The notes under the pieces are model-generated. The model ran no database searches and had not been told where the DNA came from. It was given only the letters and a program-made list of their open reading frames with translations. Positions 59,618 through 64,000 of a DNA stretch of 64,000 bases are shown here, in pieces (position 1 is the first letter of the stretch; each line of letters opens with the position of its first letter). Origin of the DNA: Nitrospira sp. (GTDB lineage: Bacteria; Nitrospirota; Nitrospiria; Nitrospirales; Nitrospiraceae); NCBI GenBank assembly GCA_047150005.1, contig AP038806.1:3520001-3584000 (forward strand), read 5' to 3'. The position numbers were made by a program, and so were the translations under genes.

Positions 59618-60831
59618 GGTTTCTTCTCCGGCTCGACCGGTTGATCCACGGTTTTATTACCTTCCGTGCCTTCTTTCTTGTCGATTCCACGGGGCATGAT
59701 CATGGACGATGAGCGTTTCATCTGAGTGGTGGCGCTGCTTGGTGCAGGGGCCTGAGTCACCGATGGTGGTGGTAGGGGAGCTGTCTGCTGGATCGGGGAT
59801 GGCTGCGTAACTGCCGATGAAGGCAATGGAGATGCCTGCTGCACCGGAGAGGTCTGTTTCTGAGACTGTGTCGGCTGCGTCAGGAACAGTTGGAACTGCA
59901 CGGGGGGGCTCCAGGGGCCTGGCACTGCCTTCCCGCTGGATCGAGCGCGCACTTCCCAACGACCAGCGTATCCTCGTGTCACTGCTTGTGCGACTGGGTA
60001 GCCAGCAAGCACCTTCGGGGTGTCGACCAGAAAAGTGTTGATGTAGGGCTGATTGGGCGGCGAGTCGAGCCATCTGAATTGCAGCTCCGTCACCGGCGTC
60101 ATTCCCACTTTCGGCTGCCTTGCCGCGACTAAGAGCTGACCCTGCTGGACACGATCGCCGTGGGCAGGTTTGATGATGAGAAACATGTCGTCGGTTACGG
60201 ACGAGATCATCCCGGGGGTCACCTTCTTGGTCGTCGCCGGCTGAGTAAGTCGGAGGTATTGCGCGTAGAACCGTTGTCGCTCGTTTGCAGAGATCATATC
60301 CCTGGTCTTCGGAAAGAGCGTTGCCTGCAGGTCCGGCACGGCTTCGCGAAGATCGTCCGGGATAAATGCGCCGAGGCGTTGACAACTTGCTCCTTGCGGA
60401 TGCAGCCAAGGCTCACGATTACAGCGAGCAGTCCAATACATGAAAATGCGTCCTCCTGGCTCCCGAGCTGTCAGAAACGGTTCAAATCCCGTGAGCTCGA
60501 TCGACTCGGACGCATTGGGTTTGTTTGGATCAGTTTCCGAAGGGGACCACGATCCCTCCATGCGGTAGCTCATCTCCATGCCGGGCAGATCGGGACTGGT
60601 GCAGACCCCGATAAAGGGATACTTCACAGTCCCTTTCGGGCTGCTGAGAAACTGGGGCGCTCCCAGAAGCTTCGGAGACGTACATGTTGTGGGAACCACC
60701 GTGGGTTCTGGGGCGGATATTCCAAAAGATCCATAGGAGTAGGAGGTGTGGGGCATACCAAACGTCACAACCAGAAATGCCAAGCCTGCGAGCCCAGCAA
60801 TTCCTGGAACGGATCCTGATGATTGTCGCAT
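59614..60831 (-). CDS. Exported protein: novel N-terminal domain plus FN3-like domain
   Basis: N-domain shared with 62367-63821; C-domain shared with 58382-59617. Confidence 0.75.
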   Translation of the reverse strand: MRQSSGSVPGIAGLAGLAFLVVTFGMPHTSYSYGSFGISAPEPTVVPTTCTSPKLLGAPQFLSSPKGTVKYPFIGVCTSPDLPGMEMSYRMEGSWSPSETDPNKPNASESIELTGFEPFLTAREPGGRIFMYWTARCNREPWLHPQGASCQRLGAFIPDDLREAVPDLQATLFPKTRDMISANERQRFYAQYLRLTQPATTKKVTPGMISSVTDDMFLIIKPAHGDRVQQGQLLVAARQPKVGMTPVTELQFRWLDSPPNQPYINTFLVDTPKVLAGYPVAQAVTRGYAGRWEVRARSSGKAVPGPWSPPVQFQLFLTQPTQSQKQTSPVQQASPLPSSAVTQPSPIQQTAPLPPPSVTQAPAPSSATTQMKRSSSMIMPRGIDKKEGTEGNKTVDQPVEPEKKP

Positions 60832-60885
60832 GGCCGGCTTCCTTTCTATCTCCGACTGATGTCATTCGGTTCCGTCACTATCGGA

Positions 60886-62079
60886 TCATGGCTTCCTTTC
60901 CGTCCCGGTCGACTGATCCACGGTCTGGTTGCTCTCCGTTCCGCCTTTCTCGTCGACTCCGCGAGGCAAGATCACGGTGGTGTTCCCGAGGCCTTGCGAT
61001 GGTGTCGTCTGTGGCCGGAAAATGCTTGTACTGCTATTCATGGTCGAGCTTTTCTTTTTCCCTTCTACACCAAATGACGTTTCGGCTTTCGGAGCGGCAG
61101 CCGGATTCTGCATGTAGTACTCGAATTGCACCGACTCGCTCCAATCGCTCACTTTTGGCTGATTGATCCGGACCCGCATCTCCCAGCTGCCGGGGCCTAA
61201 ATAACTGTCGGGAGCAGCCATTCCGCCGGAACCGCCGATGAGCGCGATCGGAACGTCGTAGTTATAGAAGGCTTGTCCTTTGAGACTCGCGGGCGGATTC
61301 AGCCACGTCAACTGGACTTGGACACGGGATCCTGTGAGGTATTTCGAGGGTGTGATTTTGAAGACGCCCTTGCCCTTTACGACAAAGCCTTTCGGTAAGT
61401 CGATGGTCGGGGCGTTGGGAAATGCTGACGGAGCGTTCTTCGCTTGCGACGGTGGAGCCATCCCTGGCTGGAGTGGCACAAGCGGGCCGCAGATCAGACC
61501 CAGTGCATTAATGAATTGACCTTTTCGGCCATGGACCCCCCGGGCGAATTCAGGGCTGGGACATTGAGCACGGTGGGTCGGCCGTTCCTTCGTAAGGTCG
61601 ATGAGCGGAGCGGGATCATAGGTGCCGAACGCAGCCATAATCCCTTCTTGTCCCGATGCGGTAAAACATTCCCCGTTAATGCCTTTCACAAATTTCTGTT
61701 CTCCGTTATCTCCGATAATCATCCAGTGCAACAATACGACGATGACCGCATTTGTCCCGCACAGCCTTCCCGGGATCGGATTTCCTCCCCTACTTGTTCC
61801 ATGTACCTGCCCAACCATGGGAGCACCGAGCGTTTTTCTATCCGCCGACAACGGTGCGCACAGAGTTGCAAGCTGATCGATCCAGGCGCCGGTTCGCCCG
61901 GAGAAGCCGACCAAGAAGGAACCGGCAGGGCACTCAGCCCTAAAATTGACCCCTCCTTGAGCTCCTTGAGCCGGTGTATCGGTTGCGAAAGCTCCGGTCG
62001 GGAACCAGACCAACGCTCCGGCCAACACAATCAGGCAACGATATGGGGATCTCAAGGGTGGCTGACGATGTCGTGTCAT
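60886..62079 (-). CDS. Exported protein: jacalin-like domain plus FN3-like domain
   Basis: AGGAGG RBS, signal peptide AFA, GAQGG..F...CPAGSFLVGF.GRTG.WID. Confidence 0.75.
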   Translation of the reverse strand: MTRHRQPPLRSPYRCLIVLAGALVWFPTGAFATDTPAQGAQGGVNFRAECPAGSFLVGFSGRTGAWIDQLATLCAPLSADRKTLGAPMVGQVHGTSRGGNPIPGRLCGTNAVIVVLLHWMIIGDNGEQKFVKGINGECFTASGQEGIMAAFGTYDPAPLIDLTKERPTHRAQCPSPEFARGVHGRKGQFINALGLICGPLVPLQPGMAPPSQAKNAPSAFPNAPTIDLPKGFVVKGKGVFKITPSKYLTGSRVQVQLTWLNPPASLKGQAFYNYDVPIALIGGSGGMAAPDSYLGPGSWEMRVRINQPKVSDWSESVQFEYYMQNPAAAPKAETSFGVEGKKKSSTMNSSTSIFRPQTTPSQGLGNTTVILPRGVDEKGGTESNQTVDQSTGTERKP

Positions 62080-62123
62080 GACTACACCTCCTGCTGATGC
62101 AGGGTCCTTCTCGCTTCTCGTGA

Positions 62124-62149
62124 GTCGTCATTCGGCGTAACTTGGTTCA
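62124..62149 (-). promoter_or_regulatory. Candidate ECF promoter TGAACC-N16-CGAC
   Basis: Exact motif about 45 nt upstream of the ATG at 62079. Confidence 0.7.
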
Positions 62150-62182
62150 AACCCACCAAAAGACTGATTTTCCACGTACAGG

Positions 62183-62208
62183 TGAACCTCTGCCCCCCTG
62201 CTCTCGAC
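62183..62208 (+). promoter_or_regulatory. Candidate ECF promoter TGAACC-N16-CGAC (divergent)
   Basis: Exact motif about 48 nt upstream of the small ORF at 62256. Confidence 0.65.
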
Positions 62209-62255
62209 ACACCGGACGAGAACCGTTCAACGTCGCTCATAAGGAGGATCTCCCC

Positions 62256-62339
62256 ATGTGGATCATCGCTGTTATGCTGGTCTCCCTCGTCGTCCTGGCC
62301 ATCGCCACCATGCTGCTTGAGCGGAGAGAAGCGGAATAA
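62256..62339 (+). CDS. Putative 27-aa single-TM small protein
   Basis: TAAGGAGG Shine-Dalgarno, MWIIAVMLVSLVVLAIATMLLERREAE*, own promoter-like motif. Confidence 0.6.
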   Translation: MWIIAVMLVSLVVLAIATMLLERREAE

Positions 62340-62366
62340 ATCATTGGAAAAGGGCTCCACATTCTT

Positions 62367-63821
62367 CTATGGCGAAGTGACGGTGCAGGGCACCGGCACC
62401 CACCGCGGCCCAGTGTCGCTGGGATTAGGCCGACAGGGTGGAGAGGAAGCGGCTCTCGCACCGACTGACGCAGCAAGGACCGCCGCTTCAATGGTCTTGT
62501 CGGGGAGTGCAGATATCTTGTTGATGCTGCGAGGCGTTACTCCGGACGGAACACCGATCGTCTCAAATCGCCTCCCGTCCGCCGTCAGGAAGAGCAGGTG
62601 CAGATCGTCCGACGGACCTGGTATGACCACCGCAATGGTGCGGGAGATCGGAATCTGGTGGGTGTCCCGGTTCGCATTGAAGAGCACGGTCCGCTGCCCT
62701 TCTTGCGCGACTCCGAGTTGGAGATCCAGGATGGTCCCGATTTCATAAGCGCCGACTTTGAGTTCCACAGCCTCTCCCTTCGCATCCGTGGCGTGAAACG
62801 GCTGGTCGAGCTTAAGCGCAACCGATTCGGCAATTTCAGGCGTTCCTTCCTCGATGACGGCAGGATCAGACGTTTCGGAAGTCTGCCCGTCCTTTTCCTC
62901 CACGCCTCGCGCAAAAAGCCCTGATTGGGCGAGCGCGCCCATCGAGGCGCCGGGCTTCGGAAATTCCGCCGACGGTTGGGTCTCCATACCTTGTGCAGCC
63001 TGGGCTTGCGCGGCCTGAGCCTGAACAGCCCGGGATTGAGTAGCGACCTGGGGCTGTTGCGGTTGGACCGTCATGGCCTGCGTCGGCGGGGATTGCTTGA
63101 CGATCGGAGACTGTTGCGGCTGAGTGGTCATGCTTTGGATGCGCTGCTGGTTGCTCATCCGTGCCGATCCCGGCTGGTTTGCCGCCTGGTATTGTTTGAT
63201 GAGTTGCTGCTTCAGCTTTGCCGACAGGGAGTCCTTTGTTATTGGGAAAGGCTTGTCTTCGATGACGCGAGGAAACGCTTCGCGTACATCGCTCGGGACA
63301 TACTCGCCAAGGCGTTGACAAGTCCCGCCTTGAAGCCAGGGGTCTTTGGTGCAACGTGCCGTCCAATAGACGACAATTCTTCTCTCTCCCGATCCTTTCA
63401 TTTGTCGGTTTGGGAAGAATTGCTCGTAGTTCTCAATGAAAAGCGTTTCCACTGCATTTGGACGGTCTTGGCGTGTCTCTGTCGGGTTCCATCGTCCTTC
63501 GAAGAAGAGGTGGATGACACCGTCGTGGTACTGACCTTCTTGCAATCCCACAGGACATTGCTCTTCAAAAGGATAGGAGGCGAAGCCGGGAGGGTTGGAG
63601 GCAAACCTCGCCGGTTTTTTCATCACCGGCCCAGGGCACCAGAGGAAGACCTTGTCGTCCGTACAATCACGGCAGAAGAGGACCGACCCCATGGCTTCCA
63701 CAGTGGCAGGGGTTGCAGAGAGACCGAACAAGAGTGCCACGACAACCAGCCAGGCAATCCGTGGTTCACGATACTGCTTGGCTTGAGTGACTACTGGTGT
63801 CACGAACCGTCTGTGATTCAT
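62367..63821 (-). CDS. Exported protein: N-domain shared with 59614, Q-rich linker, C-terminal copy of the shared pro-like domain
   Basis: AGGAG RBS, signal peptide VEA, YWTARC..PWL...CQRLG. Confidence 0.75.
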   Translation of the reverse strand: MNHRRFVTPVVTQAKQYREPRIAWLVVVALLFGLSATPATVEAMGSVLFCRDCTDDKVFLWCPGPVMKKPARFASNPPGFASYPFEEQCPVGLQEGQYHDGVIHLFFEGRWNPTETRQDRPNAVETLFIENYEQFFPNRQMKGSGERRIVVYWTARCTKDPWLQGGTCQRLGEYVPSDVREAFPRVIEDKPFPITKDSLSAKLKQQLIKQYQAANQPGSARMSNQQRIQSMTTQPQQSPIVKQSPPTQAMTVQPQQPQVATQSRAVQAQAAQAQAAQGMETQPSAEFPKPGASMGALAQSGLFARGVEEKDGQTSETSDPAVIEEGTPEIAESVALKLDQPFHATDAKGEAVELKVGAYEIGTILDLQLGVAQEGQRTVLFNANRDTHQIPISRTIAVVIPGPSDDLHLLFLTADGRRFETIGVPSGVTPRSINKISALPDKTIEAAVLAASVGARAASSPPCRPNPSDTGPRWVPVPCTVTSP

Positions 63822-63931
63822 GGCGGTCTCCTGATTCCCCTGTCCTCCCATGAGGTCATGACTGCTTCCACTAAATACACGCGGCGTTGTCACGCCGATC
63901 GCTTCTCGTTCCCTCGCCCTGAGACCGCTCC

Positions 63932-64000
63932 TTATGGTCCGAACATCTTCGGCGCCTTCTGGATCGCTTTCTTCGGAGCAGTAACCACGAACTCCACCCA
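63932..64000 (-). CDS. 3' end of an exported FN3-like protein gene (5' part outside window)
   Basis: WVEFVVTAPKKAIQKAPKMFGP* similar to the remnant at 58227-58385. Confidence 0.6.
   Translation of the reverse strand, partial: WVEFVVTAPKKAIQKAPKMFGP

Overview
GC-rich bacterial chromosomal window. The gene style suggests Nitrospira, but that is an inference and cannot be verified here. The left half (1-33.7 kb) is mostly housekeeping and accessory genes: a PanE-like fusion, MATE pump, DUF2779 protein, tRNA-Ser(CGA), a compact FAAL-NRPS/PvdE-type exporter/PPTase cluster, tadA, an ECF sigma/RskA pair, an IS5 element, a 215-bp MITE, pagL-like gene, nitroreductase, YcbK-like peptidase, SlyD-like PPIase, glgB and an ArsB/NhaD-type permease. 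The right half (33.8-64 kb, continuing past the window edge) is the most interesting part. It holds an exported caspase-family (C14) protease, an ECF sigma/anti-sigma pair and about 22 genes for predicted exported proteins. Most of these otherwise unrelated proteins carry the same short Arg motif ([VI]QER[GA][VIL] or xxRG[VI][DE]) at domain boundaries. Five transcription units share an exact TGAACC-N16-CGAC promoter-like motif. The locus also encodes a Tat-signal tandem phage tail-tube-like protein next to a signal-peptide-bearing spike-like protein. I propose an ECF-controlled secretome matured by an Arg-specific caspase homologue. The motifs are seen directly in the sequence; the processing and regulatory model is inference. 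All family assignments come from motif recognition by eye, not database searches.
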